A stretch of DNA of 64,000 bases, from the IMG/VR virus record IMGVR_UViG_3300027608_000013. One strand, written 5' to 3'. A model generated the notes under the pieces. That model saw only the letters and a list, made by a program, of their open reading frames with translations. It was not told the origin of the DNA and ran no database searches. Of this stretch, positions 1 through 9,575 are shown piece after piece; within the stretch, counting starts at the first letter, position 1, and each line of letters starts with the position of its first letter. The translations under genes and the position numbers were made by a program. Origin of the DNA: a virus.

Positions 1-264
1 GAAACTATGAAGAAATTTGATCTAGTTAAACAATCCGGAGCACATTACACATTGGAAGATGTTGATACAGAAACTGGCGAAGTATTTAGCGAAATTAAAT
101 TTCAATCAAAGAACTTTATTGATAAAGTAATTTCCAAACCAGAAATCAAAGCAAGGTTATATCAAAGAATTTGCGATGCTTATATATTCAAATATCAAGC
201 CGGAATCGATGGCGGAATTGATGATGTAATTATCACCGATGAAGTTTACGACGAAGAAGGGTAG
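1..264 (+). CDS. RecA/UvsX-like recombinase, C-terminal part (5' end outside window)
   Basis: 'LVKQSGAHY...KFQSKNF' resembles the RecA C-terminal domain; acidic tail; sits ahead of replication genes. Confidence 0.65.
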   Translation, partial: ETMKKFDLVKQSGAHYTLEDVDTETGEVFSEIKFQSKNFIDKVISKPEIKARLYQRICDAYIFKYQAGIDGGIDDVIITDEVYDEEG

Positions 265-283
265 CATTCCAAATTAACAAGTT

Positions 284-883
284 ATGAATTACCAAAGAAT
301 ACATGATGCCATTATTGATAGAGCTCGCACAAGAATGTTGCTAGGCTACTGCGAACGGCATCATGTTATTCCTAGGTGTTTAGGTGGAAATGATGCAATT
401 GGAAATATAGTCAAATTAACAGCTCGAGAACATTTTATAGTTCATAAACTGTTGTGTGAAATTTATCCTAATGAAACTAAATTAGTTTATGCATATTGGA
501 TGATGTCTAGAAATGTTTCAAATTCTAAATATAAACGAGAGTATCGGGTATCAAATAGAGATTATGAACGATCGAAACAGTTATTCAGTGAAGTATCTAG
601 TTTTAGACAAAAAGGTAAAACATTATCTGATGCACACAAACAAAAACTTCAAATCGCAGCAAAAACAAGAAAAACTAGAATTCCAATAAAACATTCAGAA
701 AAAACAAAAGAAAAATTAAGTGCCATATGGAAAGGAACAACTAGATCAATTGAAGATAGACAGAAAATATCTGCAGGTCAACGTGGCAAAAAACATAAAA
801 TAATAAAATGCCCATATTGTAACATTGAAGGTGGAAATCGAACGATGAAACGATGGCATTTTGATAAATGTAAAAATAAATAA
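284..883 (+). CDS. Free-standing HNH homing endonuclease with NUMOD3-type repeats
   Basis: 'ERHHVIPRCLGGND..NIVKLTAREHFIVHKLL' HNH core; 'KGKTLSDAHKQKL', 'HSEKTKEKLS' NUMOD3-like repeats; C-terminal CPYC...WHFDKC. Confidence 0.85.
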   Translation: MNYQRIHDAIIDRARTRMLLGYCERHHVIPRCLGGNDAIGNIVKLTAREHFIVHKLLCEIYPNETKLVYAYWMMSRNVSNSKYKREYRVSNRDYERSKQLFSEVSSFRQKGKTLSDAHKQKLQIAAKTRKTRIPIKHSEKTKEKLSAIWKGTTRSIEDRQKISAGQRGKKHKIIKCPYCNIEGGNRTMKRWHFDKCKNK

Positions 884-886
884 ATT

Positions 887-1939
887 ATGAATAAATATCA
901 AGAATTGTTTAACAAATTAAAAGAAGACCGTGCCGTCAACACCGATGTGAATGATCATATCATGGTGTTTGACGGCCTTTAGCTTAACACATTCATACGT
1001 AGCTTTGGCGCTTCCCCATCATATAATGAAGATGGCGACCATGTAGGCGGCATAACTGGATTTTTATATTCAGTTGGAAAAACGATTAGAGATTTTAAAC
1101 CTAGTCGTTGCGTTATTGTTTTTGATGGTAGAGGAGGCTCTGCAAAAAGAAAACGCATTTACAGTGATTATAAAGGCAATAGGGCCAATAAAACAAAGCT
1201 TCGGCGTCACGACCACCATGAATCTACTATAGAAGAAGAACAAGAATCAATGCGTCATCAATTTTCTCGATTGATTTCATATCTAGATAATTTGCCTATT
1301 ACGTTTATTTCAATGGATGGTATTGAAGCAGATGATACAATTGCATACATAACTAATATGTATCAAGATATCAGTAAAAAGATGACTGTGGTATCTACGG
1401 ATAGAGATTTTTATCAATTGATTTGTCCTACATTGCAAGTATGGTCTCCAATCAAAAAGAAAATGTATGATGAAGCTGCATTAATTGAAGAATTTGGAGT
1501 TCATCCTGCAAATTATGTAGTATATCGTACTTTTACGGGCGATGCTTCTGATAATATTCCAGGTGTTGACGGATTTGGACCAAAGACTATCTTAAAGACA
1601 TTTCCAGAACTTGTTAGCAGCAAAGAATTTACGTTGCAAGATTTACAAAATAAATGTAAATTGTTAACTGAATCAAAAAATCATCAAAAAGTTCTTGCTA
1701 ACTATGACACTATTGATAAAAATTATCGATTAATGAACATAAAACTTTTAGATATTCCAGCTCAAACCTCAACTAAAATACGAGGAATATTAAATGAACC
1801 AATTCCGTCACTTAATCGAGCAGAATTCCAACGCTTATTTTATGAAGATAAGATGTGGTCTATAATGAAGAATTTGCCAGATTGGCTAAACAATACTTGG
1901 CTTTCTTTGAATGCATTTGCAAAACAAACACAACATTAA
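887..1939 (+). CDS. 5'-3' exonuclease / flap endonuclease (PolI N-terminal or T4 RNase H-like), interrupted by an in-frame TAG at 980-982
   Basis: Manual translation from ATG 887: MNKYQ...IMVFDGL*LNTFIRSF...VIVFDGRGGSAKRKRIYSDYKGNR, in frame with ORF 1250-1939 (EADD, STDRDF, GDASDNIPGVDGFGPKT motifs). Confidence 0.9.
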
Positions 1940-1941
1940 TT

Positions 1942-1969
1942 TTGGATATGTTAATAATTTTTATATTAT
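1942..1969 (+). promoter_or_regulatory. Putative early/middle promoter (TTGGAT-N16-TATTAT)
   Basis: Member of a recurring intergenic motif family; lies directly upstream of dnaB. Confidence 0.55.
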
Positions 1970-1975
1970 AGTTAT

Positions 1976-3331
1976 ATGACAGACAAATTATCCGAGTATG
2001 GCTATGGCTTTCAAGTAAAAGTTATAGCTGCAATGTTTACGGATAGAGCATTTTTACAACAAATTGCAGATATCATTCAACCAGAATATTTTGACTCAGA
2101 CTCAAATATTTGGTTATTAGAAATTATAATAGCCCACTTCCGCGAATATAAAACGCCACCTTCTAAAGATGTACTTAAAGTAAAAGTAACAGAAATTAGT
2201 GATGACGTTTTAAAAACTGCAATATTAGAGCAATTAAAAGAAGTATTCAGATTTATGGAATCTGATGATCTTTCCTTTGTTAAAGATGAAATACTTAAGT
2301 TTTGCAAAAATCAAGAAATTAAACAAGCAATTATGGATTCGGTAGGATTACTTAAAATGGGTAATTACGATGAAATAAAAACTAAGATTGATAGTGCAAT
2401 GAAAGCCGGTGCTGATACCAATATTGGATTAGATTATAAAGCAAATATTTCAGCTCGATATGCAGAATCGTCTAGACATACAATTACTACCGGGTGGGAT
2501 GTTGTTGATGATTTAATGGATGGCGGATTAGCTCGAGGAGAATTAGGTGTTGTAATGGCACCTGCAGGTATTGGCAAATCTTGGATGCTTATCAATATTG
2601 GAGCAAATGCAATGAGGGCTGGACATACCGTTATACATTATACATTGGAGCTCAATGAAAATTATGTAGGCCAACGCTATGATTCCGTATTAACAGGTAT
2701 TAACGCCCAAACATTGAAACATCATCAGGATACGGTTCAAGAAAAAATGAATTCATTGCGAGGTGATTTGATTGTAAAATATTTTCCAACCAAGTCAGTT
2801 GGTATAATGGGATTAAAGGCCCATCTAGAAAAAACAATCATGTTAGGTAAAAATCCAACATTAGTAATTGTAGATTACGGTGACTTGTTGAAGATCAATA
2901 CTAAAAAGGACAAGCACGAAGCCTTAGAAGAACTATACGAGGAGTTACGTGGTATGGCAGGGGAATATGATATCCCGGTATGGACTGCATCACAAGCAGG
3001 TAGATCTGCATTAGAAGAGGATGTTATTGAAGCTGATAAAATTGCATCATCATATGGAAAAGTAATGGTTGCCGATTTTTTAATGTCACTTTCTAGAAAG
3101 GTTGAAGATAAGATGTCAGGTACGGGTAGAGGCCATGTTATTAAAAATAGATTCGGCCCCGATGGTATTACATTACCTAGTAAAATTAATACAAACAATG
3201 GTCAATTTCAATTCTTTGAGCCACAGACAACTCAAGGTAAACAAACTACTCAGGTAATGAAAACCGGTGAAAATTTAATTAAGAAAAATTTAGCTCAAAA
3301 GTTTAAAGATCTGGGTGGAACATTAGGATAA
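1976..3331 (+). CDS. dnaB: Replicative DnaB-like (SF4) helicase
   Basis: Walker A APAGIGKS, VIVDYGDL, WTASQ, KNRFG motifs. Confidence 0.92.
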   Translation: MTDKLSEYGYGFQVKVIAAMFTDRAFLQQIADIIQPEYFDSDSNIWLLEIIIAHFREYKTPPSKDVLKVKVTEISDDVLKTAILEQLKEVFRFMESDDLSFVKDEILKFCKNQEIKQAIMDSVGLLKMGNYDEIKTKIDSAMKAGADTNIGLDYKANISARYAESSRHTITTGWDVVDDLMDGGLARGELGVVMAPAGIGKSWMLINIGANAMRAGHTVIHYTLELNENYVGQRYDSVLTGINAQTLKHHQDTVQEKMNSLRGDLIVKYFPTKSVGIMGLKAHLEKTIMLGKNPTLVIVDYGDLLKINTKKDKHEALEELYEELRGMAGEYDIPVWTASQAGRSALEEDVIEADKIASSYGKVMVADFLMSLSRKVEDKMSGTGRGHVIKNRFGPDGITLPSKINTNNGQFQFFEPQTTQGKQTTQVMKTGENLIKKNLAQKFKDLGGTLG

Positions 3332-3351
3332 AAACATATTTATATAAAATT

Positions 3352-3380
3352 AGGCACGGATTCACATCCGGCCTTTTTTT
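3352..3380 (+). terminator. Rho-independent terminator-like hairpin
   Basis: AGGC(A)CGGAT-TCAC-ATCCG-GCCT followed by a T-run after dnaB. Confidence 0.65.
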
Positions 3381-3426
3381 GTCTAAAAACATATTAAGTT
3401 AACATTAAACAAAAAGATTACAAACA

Positions 3427-4095
3427 ATGGGAAGGCCTAAAAAAAATTTACCGGAAGGAGTTACTACTAAAATAATTAAAAATATAGAATGTTTAATCCG
3501 ACAATGTCCATCATGTGACAAAGAAATTATATATTCAAGCCAATCATCGCGATGGAACGTACGATTAGCAATACAAGAAAATAGATTATGTTCTAGTTGT
3601 AGAATTCTACCCGATCCATGGAATAAAGGATTACCTCTTTCTGAACAACATAAATCAAATATTAGTAATTCTAATATCGGAAAAAGTAGACATAGCGATG
3701 AATACAAACAATGGTTGAAAACAAATAGTATGTTTTGTAAAACAGGTAAAGATAGCGTAAGTTTAAACGCATATTTGAAAAAGAATAATATAACATATGA
3801 TGAATATCTAGAAAGATTGCCTAAATTTAAAAAATATCATCGAGATGTAATGAATATTACCAAAAAACAAGATATATCAAATTTGTCAAATTTAAACTTA
3901 CGAGGACTTGCTGGAGTAACTGGTGCATATCATTTAGACCATATAATTTCTATAAAAGAAGGGTTTGATAAAAACATTTCTGCAGATATTATTGGACATA
4001 TAACAAATTTACAGTTTATTACATGGGAAGCCAATATTAAAAAATCAATTGAATATAAAAATAAAATAAAGGTAAATGAAAATGGAAACATCTAA
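3427..4095 (+). CDS. Putative HNH-type homing endonuclease with Zn-ribbon and NUMOD3-like segment
   Basis: CPSC..CSSC; 'PWNKGLPLSEQHKSNIS'; C-terminal 'YHLDHIISI...NLQFITWEANIKK'; overlaps the RNR start. Confidence 0.7.
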   Translation: MGRPKKNLPEGVTTKIIKNIECLIRQCPSCDKEIIYSSQSSRWNVRLAIQENRLCSSCRILPDPWNKGLPLSEQHKSNISNSNIGKSRHSDEYKQWLKTNSMFCKTGKDSVSLNAYLKKNNITYDEYLERLPKFKKYHRDVMNITKKQDISNLSNLNLRGLAGVTGAYHLDHIISIKEGFDKNISADIIGHITNLQFITWEANIKKSIEYKNKIKVNENGNI

Positions 4096-5938
4096 TGAAA
4101 TACTAAGTTCGATAACCGTATACATGAAATATGCCAAATATCTTCCGGAACTCAATCGTCGAGAAACGTGGGAAGAATTAGTTACAAGAAACAAACAAAT
4201 GCATCAAAAAACTTATCCACAATTAACGGATGAAATTGAAACTGCATACAAGTTTGTATATGCAAAAAAAGTATTGCCATCAATGCGTAGTTTGCAATTT
4301 GGTGGAAAACCAATTGAAATTTCTCCTAATCGAATTTATAACTGTGCATATTTACCAATTGATGATCACCGAGCATTTGGTGAAGCAATGTTTCTTTTAT
4401 TAGGTGGCACAGGAGTTGGGTATTCAGTTCAAAAACATCATGTAGAATTATTACCAGAAATACACAAACCAAACCCAAAACGTAATCGTCGCTACCTAAT
4501 TGCTGATTCAATCGAAGGATGGGCTGATGCTGTAAAAGTACTAGTTAAATCATATTTTGTAGGCGGATCAAACTTTGTATTTGATTTTTCTGACATTCGG
4601 CAAAAAGGAGCAAGATTAGTAACATCAGGAGGAAAAGCTCCAGGACCACAACCACTTAAAGAATGTTTGATCAAACTTCAAGGAATTTTAGATGCAAAAG
4701 AAGATGGAGATAAATTATCACCAATCGAAGTGCATGATATGGTTTGTCACGTTGCAGATGCGGTGTTAGCAGGTGGTATTCGTAGAGCAGCACTTATATC
4801 TTTATTTTCAGCAGATGACGAAGATATGATTGCGTGTAAGTCAGGTAACTGGTGGGAAACTAATCCACAACGAGGCCGTGCTAACAATTCAGCAACATTA
4901 ATGCGTCATAAACTTACCAAAGAATTCTTTATGGATTTATGGAAACGTGTTGAATTGTCAGGTGCGGGAGAACCAGGAATTTATCTAACAAATGATAAAG
5001 ATTGGGGAACTAATCCATGTTGCGAAATTGCACTACGTCCATTTCAATTCTGTAACCTATGTGAAGTTAATGCATCAGATATTGAATCACAAGAAGATTT
5101 AGAAGAACGAGTTAAGGCAGCTGCATTTATCGGAACACTTCAAGCTGGATATACTAGTTTTCATTATCTTCGTCCTGTTTGGCAACGCACAACTGAGAAA
5201 GATGCATTGATTGGAGTATCAATGACAGGAATTGGTTCTGGTACTGTATTGGGTTATGATATGAAAGCGGCAGCAAAAGCAGTTAAAATAGAAAATGAAA
5301 GGGTTGCAAACATAATTGGAATTAATCGTTCAGCTCGTACAACCACAGTTAAACCAGCAGGAACAACATCATTGACATTAGGTACATCATCAGGTATTCA
5401 CGCTTGGCACAATGATTATTATATAAGAAGAATCCGAGTAGGAAAAAATGAAGCAATTTATTCATACCTAGCAACCAATCATCCAGAATTAATTGAAGAT
5501 GAATATTTTCGTCCACACGATACCGCAGTAATTTCTATTCCACAAAAAGCACCAGAAGGCGCAATTATGAGAACAGAATCGCCTTTCCAATTATTAGACC
5601 GTATTAAGAAAGTGCATTTGGAATGGGTTAAACCAGGACACCGTTCAGGAAACAATACACACAATGTATCAGCAACGGTATCATTGCAGGATGATGAATG
5701 GGATTTAGCAGGTGAATGGATGTGGACAAACCGAGATCATTATAATGGATTATCAGTTTTACCATATAATGGCGGAACCTATATTCAAGCTCCGTTTGAG
5801 GATTGTACCGTTGAAACATATGAAACAATGATGCAATCACTTCATAATATAGATTTAAGCAACGTAATTGAATTAGATGATAATACCGACCTGTCAGGAG
5901 AATTAGCTTGTGCTGGATCGTCATGTGAGATTAAATAA
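4076..5938 (+). CDS. nrdJ: Class II (adenosylcobalamin-dependent) ribonucleotide reductase
   Basis: 'RRETWEE', 'YNCAY', 'GGIRRAALI', 'TNPCCEI', 'TTVKPAGT', C-terminal 'ACAGSSCEI'. Confidence 0.9.
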   Translation: MKMETSNEILSSITVYMKYAKYLPELNRRETWEELVTRNKQMHQKTYPQLTDEIETAYKFVYAKKVLPSMRSLQFGGKPIEISPNRIYNCAYLPIDDHRAFGEAMFLLLGGTGVGYSVQKHHVELLPEIHKPNPKRNRRYLIADSIEGWADAVKVLVKSYFVGGSNFVFDFSDIRQKGARLVTSGGKAPGPQPLKECLIKLQGILDAKEDGDKLSPIEVHDMVCHVADAVLAGGIRRAALISLFSADDEDMIACKSGNWWETNPQRGRANNSATLMRHKLTKEFFMDLWKRVELSGAGEPGIYLTNDKDWGTNPCCEIALRPFQFCNLCEVNASDIESQEDLEERVKAAAFIGTLQAGYTSFHYLRPVWQRTTEKDALIGVSMTGIGSGTVLGYDMKAAAKAVKIENERVANIIGINRSARTTTVKPAGTTSLTLGTSSGIHAWHNDYYIRRIRVGKNEAIYSYLATNHPELIEDEYFRPHDTAVISIPQKAPEGAIMRTESPFQLLDRIKKVHLEWVKPGHRSGNNTHNVSATVSLQDDEWDLAGEWMWTNRDHYNGLSVLPYNGGTYIQAPFEDCTVETYETMMQSLHNIDLSNVIELDDNTDLSGELACAGSSCEIK

Positions 5939-6150
5939 TGATACAACCAGCATCAAAAGATTGGATACAACAAGCCTTTGTTAGGGAGTTTGGAAACAAG
6001 CTCCTTCCATCGGACTTTTACTATGAAAATGGATATCGAGTTTTTACAGAATCATTTCACGTAAACCGAGGTACATGTTGTGGCAACGGGTGTCGACATT
6101 GTCCCTATGAGCCTATACATAAAAAAGGCACAAAAACTTTGAAAAAATAA
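5938..6150 (+). CDS. Small Cys-rich protein (DUF5522-like)
   Basis: 'FYYENGYRVFT..H..RGTCCGNGCRHCPY'. Confidence 0.7.
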   Translation: MIQPASKDWIQQAFVREFGNKLLPSDFYYENGYRVFTESFHVNRGTCCGNGCRHCPYEPIHKKGTKTLKK

Positions 6151-6184
6151 TATTTTTCATTATATTATAAATAAGAAATAAGTT

Positions 6185-6883
6185 ATGACAGATAAGAAAA
6201 CGAAAAATCTAGAACTAGTTGAATCTGGATTTGCTAATGGTATATCAATACAGTTAGCAATTAAACAATCAATGCTCGGCTCAGATGCTGAATTAACTAA
6301 AGAAGAAAAACAAACAATTATTGATAATGCTGCTTATCATTATGGAGAATTCCTTAGAGCATTAGGAGTTGCGTGGGAATTAGATCCTAATAGTGCAGAT
6401 ACACCTAGACGCGTAGCAAAAGCATATGTAAATGATTTATGGGCTGGTAGATATAATCCAATGTCAGGAATCACAGCATTTCCTAGTGATGGATATGATG
6501 GCATTGTATTTGAAGGAGGTATTCCATTAACTTCAATGTGTTCACATCATCATCAAACCATTTCCGGACTTGTTCACGTTGCATATATACCAGGCGACAA
6601 TAGCAATGTTATTGGTTTAAGTAAATTAAATCGTGTTGTAGAGCATTTTGGTAGACGAGGTGCTATTCAAGAACAATTAACAGTAGCAATTCATCACGCA
6701 ATAGATGAGCTTATTGAAAACAATAAAGGTGTAGCAGTTATGATTGAAGCAACTCATAATTGTGTGCAATGCAGAGGTGTTAAGCACGGCGGTGCTTCAA
6801 TGAAGACTGCAAAATTAGCCGGAGCATTCCTAGAAGACGGTAATGCAAGAGCAGAATTTTATCAATTTGTAAAAGGTTATTAA
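6185..6883 (+). CDS. folE: GTP cyclohydrolase I
   Basis: 'TPRRVAK', 'SMCSHH', 'GLSKLNR', 'IQEQLT', 'HNCVQCRGV'. Confidence 0.95.
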   Translation: MTDKKTKNLELVESGFANGISIQLAIKQSMLGSDAELTKEEKQTIIDNAAYHYGEFLRALGVAWELDPNSADTPRRVAKAYVNDLWAGRYNPMSGITAFPSDGYDGIVFEGGIPLTSMCSHHHQTISGLVHVAYIPGDNSNVIGLSKLNRVVEHFGRRGAIQEQLTVAIHHAIDELIENNKGVAVMIEATHNCVQCRGVKHGGASMKTAKLAGAFLEDGNARAEFYQFVKGY

Positions 6884-6884
6884 A

Positions 6885-7349
6885 ATGGCAAAATTTAACT
6901 CAACAAAATTATTTGACGGATATTCAACATGTTTCCGACAATGGCGAGCAGAAGATACACATTGCAAATTCTTACATGGATATGCAGTATCATTCCGAGT
7001 ATGGTTTGAAGGTGAATTAGATCATCGTAATTGGGTATGGGACTTTGGCGGTATGAAACGATCTAAAACAGAGATTAATCATATGTCACCTAAAGAATTC
7101 TTCAATTGGCTACTCGATCACACCACTATTATAGCTCAAGACGATCCGTATCTAGAAACTTTCAGACAAATGAACAAAGATGGTATTATACAACTTAGAG
7201 TGTTACCAGCTACAGGATGTGAAAGATTTGCAGAATTCTTATACGACACAATCAACACTTTCTTAGCAAAAGAAACTGAAGGTAGAGTAAAAGCAACAAA
7301 AGTAGAAGTATATGAACACGAAAGAAACTCAGCAAGTTATGGAGAATGA
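6885..7349 (+). CDS. queD: 6-carboxy-5,6,7,8-tetrahydropterin synthase
   Basis: 'HCKFLHGY', 'WDFG', 'LDH', 'GCERFAE', 'VYEH' T-fold motifs; adjacent to folE. Confidence 0.88.
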   Translation: MAKFNSTKLFDGYSTCFRQWRAEDTHCKFLHGYAVSFRVWFEGELDHRNWVWDFGGMKRSKTEINHMSPKEFFNWLLDHTTIIAQDDPYLETFRQMNKDGIIQLRVLPATGCERFAEFLYDTINTFLAKETEGRVKATKVEVYEHERNSASYGE

Positions 7350-7704
7350 TGAAACCTATGTATCGCTGTTTGAGTATTTAGGTAAAAGCTCTGGTGGTAC
7401 AAATATTGGTAGAGAAGTAACAGCAGAAGCTGTTAAACGAGGCATTGATATTAAATGGAGAACACTTCCTAAAGAAGTTCAAAAGCCAGAATATACGCAA
7501 GTACAACTATATCCGATATCATTCTTGGATTCATATTTTAGCAATAATTCTAACCCGGAACTAGATCGAACACCATTAGTAAGGCGTTCTGAATTAATTA
7601 AATTGCAACAACAATTTGAAGCACTCGAATCAATGTTTCAAGACGTAATTAAAAAATTAGATGTACCAATTAAATTAGATGATGACTATGACCTCCCATT
7701 CTAA
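7339..7704 (+). CDS. Hypothetical protein
   Basis: Open frame coupled between queD and queE; ends DDDYDLPF. Confidence 0.6.
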   Translation: MENDETYVSLFEYLGKSSGGTNIGREVTAEAVKRGIDIKWRTLPKEVQKPEYTQVQLYPISFLDSYFSNNSNPELDRTPLVRRSELIKLQQQFEALESMFQDVIKKLDVPIKLDDDYDLPF

Positions 7705-8470
7705 AAGAATTACAGACTATGACAAGGTCTTACCAATTGTCGAATTATATAGATGCGTTCAAAGTGAAGGATCTCGATTTGGTAGACCAACGATTGCCGT
7801 AAGAACTACGGGTTGCACACATAGATGTTTCTTTGGCGAGGGTGGATGGTGTGATAGCTGGTACACTTCAATACATCCTGAGAAAGGTACATTTACATTT
7901 AACGATATCATAAAGATATATGATGCCAATCCACATATTACAGAAATGATGTTGACGGGAGGTTCTCCGACAATGCATCCAGCATTAGTAAATGAATTAA
8001 CACACTTTGCACATGAAAGAAACATTATTATTACTATCGAAACTGAAGGATCTCATTTTGTTGCTACTGATTTTCCAATTGATGTCATTAGCCTCAGTCC
8101 TAAGTTTAATAATAGTATTCCCGTTTTGGGGACTGAGACGCCTCAGAAAGCTATTGTGGATGAAAAAATGATTACGCAACACAATAAATTTAGATTAAAT
8201 AAAACGGCCATGGCTGAAATGATAATGTATCATAAAGATTATCATTACAAACCAGTATGGGATGGCACTCCTGAAAATTTAGCTGAAATTGAGGAATTAC
8301 GTATAGAATTGCTTATTCCGAAAGAAAAGACATATATTATGCCAGCAGGTGATACTAGGGAAGAATTAATTCGTATGTATCCTATAGTGTTTGAAATGTG
8401 TGCCGAACATGGATACAACATGACAGGAAGAGACCATATTATAGCGTGGGATACGCAGCGCGGCGTGTAA
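7679..8470 (+). CDS. queE: 7-carboxy-7-deazaguanine synthase (radical SAM)
   Basis: 'VQSEG..GRPTIAVRTTGCTHRC..WCDS', 'LTGGSP', 'IETEG'. Confidence 0.9.
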   Translation: MMTMTSHSKRITDYDKVLPIVELYRCVQSEGSRFGRPTIAVRTTGCTHRCFFGEGGWCDSWYTSIHPEKGTFTFNDIIKIYDANPHITEMMLTGGSPTMHPALVNELTHFAHERNIIITIETEGSHFVATDFPIDVISLSPKFNNSIPVLGTETPQKAIVDEKMITQHNKFRLNKTAMAEMIMYHKDYHYKPVWDGTPENLAEIEELRIELLIPKEKTYIMPAGDTREELIRMYPIVFEMCAEHGYNMTGRDHIIAWDTQRGV

Positions 8471-8530
8471 ACTGCATATGATACTGAAAAAAGAATATAA
8501 TAGTAGAAAGTATAATAAACAAAGGTAAAT

Positions 8531-8725
8531 ATGGCACGATTACAAGATCAAAATCTTAAAATAAAAATTCAAATTTTAGATGCAGAAGATAATATTCTAG
8601 TATCAGGCGTAACTAGTTATACCATGGTACATGGTCTCGAAGTATATCAAGGCATCAGTGGTGTAGAAGAAATATATCGTATGTTATTAGATGAACTAGA
8701 ACAAAAACAACAAGCAGAAAAATGA
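8531..8725 (+). CDS. Hypothetical protein
   Basis: ORF in operon orientation. Confidence 0.5.
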   Translation: MARLQDQNLKIKIQILDAEDNILVSGVTSYTMVHGLEVYQGISGVEEIYRMLLDELEQKQQAEK

Positions 8726-8781
8726 ATTGGACAACAACCACAACGTTTGGCGACGTTAAAATAAATTATGAAATACGATGA
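8722..8781 (+). CDS. 19-aa micro-ORF (MNWTTTTTFGDVKINYEIR)
   Basis: ATGA overlaps with both the upstream ORF stop and the thioredoxin start. Confidence 0.45.
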   Translation: MNWTTTTTFGDVKINYEIR

Positions 8782-9029
8782 AAAGAATCTTATATTTCAC
8801 AGCAACATGGTGCGGTCCATGTTCATATGTAAAACCGCAATTACAAGAAGCTTCTAATCAAATATCAATATCATTTGTTGATGTTGATTCTAGCAAAGAC
8901 ACTGTTGCAAAATACAATGTTAAAAATATTCCATGTGCCGTTTTAATAGATAGTAACGGAACAGAATTAGGAAGAGTAGTCGGCAGCAATGTAACAAAAC
9001 AGTCAGTTATAAATTTATATAATCGTTAA
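8778..9029 (+). CDS. Thioredoxin
   Basis: 'FTATWCGPC' active site. Confidence 0.92.
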   Translation: MKRILYFTATWCGPCSYVKPQLQEASNQISISFVDVDSSKDTVAKYNVKNIPCAVLIDSNGTELGRVVGSNVTKQSVINLYNR

Positions 9030-9045
9030 AATAAAAGAACAAGTT

Positions 9046-9345
9046 ATGGAATGGAATCCAATTGGAGATCAGTTACTTTTAAAAGTAGCAAAGATTTCAG
9101 AAAAAACAAAAAGTGGAATTATCTTGGTAGATAGAGATATGCAATTCACACCAGCAGAAGTAGTAAAAGTAGGACCAGGTATATTCACAATGACCGGTGA
9201 TCGTATTCCTATGACAGTTAAAGAAGGCGATTCTGTATTAATTTACAAGTCTAATTTAGGCGAAAATAAAAGTGTAATGATTGATGATTCGGAATATTAT
9301 TTAATTCGAGAATCAGAAGTAGGATTAGTAAAATCTACAAAATGA
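9046..9345 (+). CDS. groES: Co-chaperonin GroES
   Basis: 'PIGDQLLL..EKTKSGIIL..VVKVGPG..VKEGD..YYLIRESEV'. Confidence 0.88.
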   Translation: MEWNPIGDQLLLKVAKISEKTKSGIILVDRDMQFTPAEVVKVGPGIFTMTGDRIPMTVKEGDSVLIYKSNLGENKSVMIDDSEYYLIRESEVGLVKSTK

Positions 9346-9575
9346 TAGAAACATTAGGATGGATTAGTACAGCATTGGTATTAGCCGGTTATATTTTAAA
9401 TGCACGTCAATTTTCAAAATTAGCAATGGTTGCTTGGATTGTAGGAGATATTGGTTGGATTACATATGATTTTTATATTGATAATTTCAGCCACTTAGTA
9501 CTTAGTTCAGTTATCATTGCAATAAATTTATACGGAATATGGAACTTATTATCAAAAAAGAAGACATCCAACTAA
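9342..9575 (+). CDS. Small 3-TM membrane protein (PnuC/SemiSWEET-like half-transporter?)
   Basis: Three hydrophobic helices; 'INLYGIWN' end resembles PnuC-like repeats. Confidence 0.5.
   Translation: MIETLGWISTALVLAGYILNARQFSKLAMVAWIVGDIGWITYDFYIDNFSHLVLSSVIIAINLYGIWNLLSKKKTSN

Noticed and set aside
980-982. Genome-wide TAG reassignment (genetic code 15) as the explanation for the in-frame amber
   Set aside because: All other long genes are intact in the standard code, and TAG ends some genes normally (264, 20401). No CTA-anticodon tRNA is in the window, and readthrough would leave two extra residues in the motif.
284-1000. Group I intron housing the HNH gene
   Set aside because: The HNH ORF fills the gap between two complete gene ends (19 nt and 3 nt spacers), leaving no room for an intron core.
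1250-1939. ORF-track start at 1250 as the true exonuclease gene
   Set aside because: It omits the N-terminal DG.N, VFDG and YK.NR motifs encoded in frame from 887.
6185-8470. Folate or tRNA-queuosine auxiliary pathway
   Set aside because: No folB/folK/folP or queC/queF/queA in the window. Linkage to replication genes and a DpdA/DpdL-like operon fits DNA modification better, though a tRNA role is not formally excluded.
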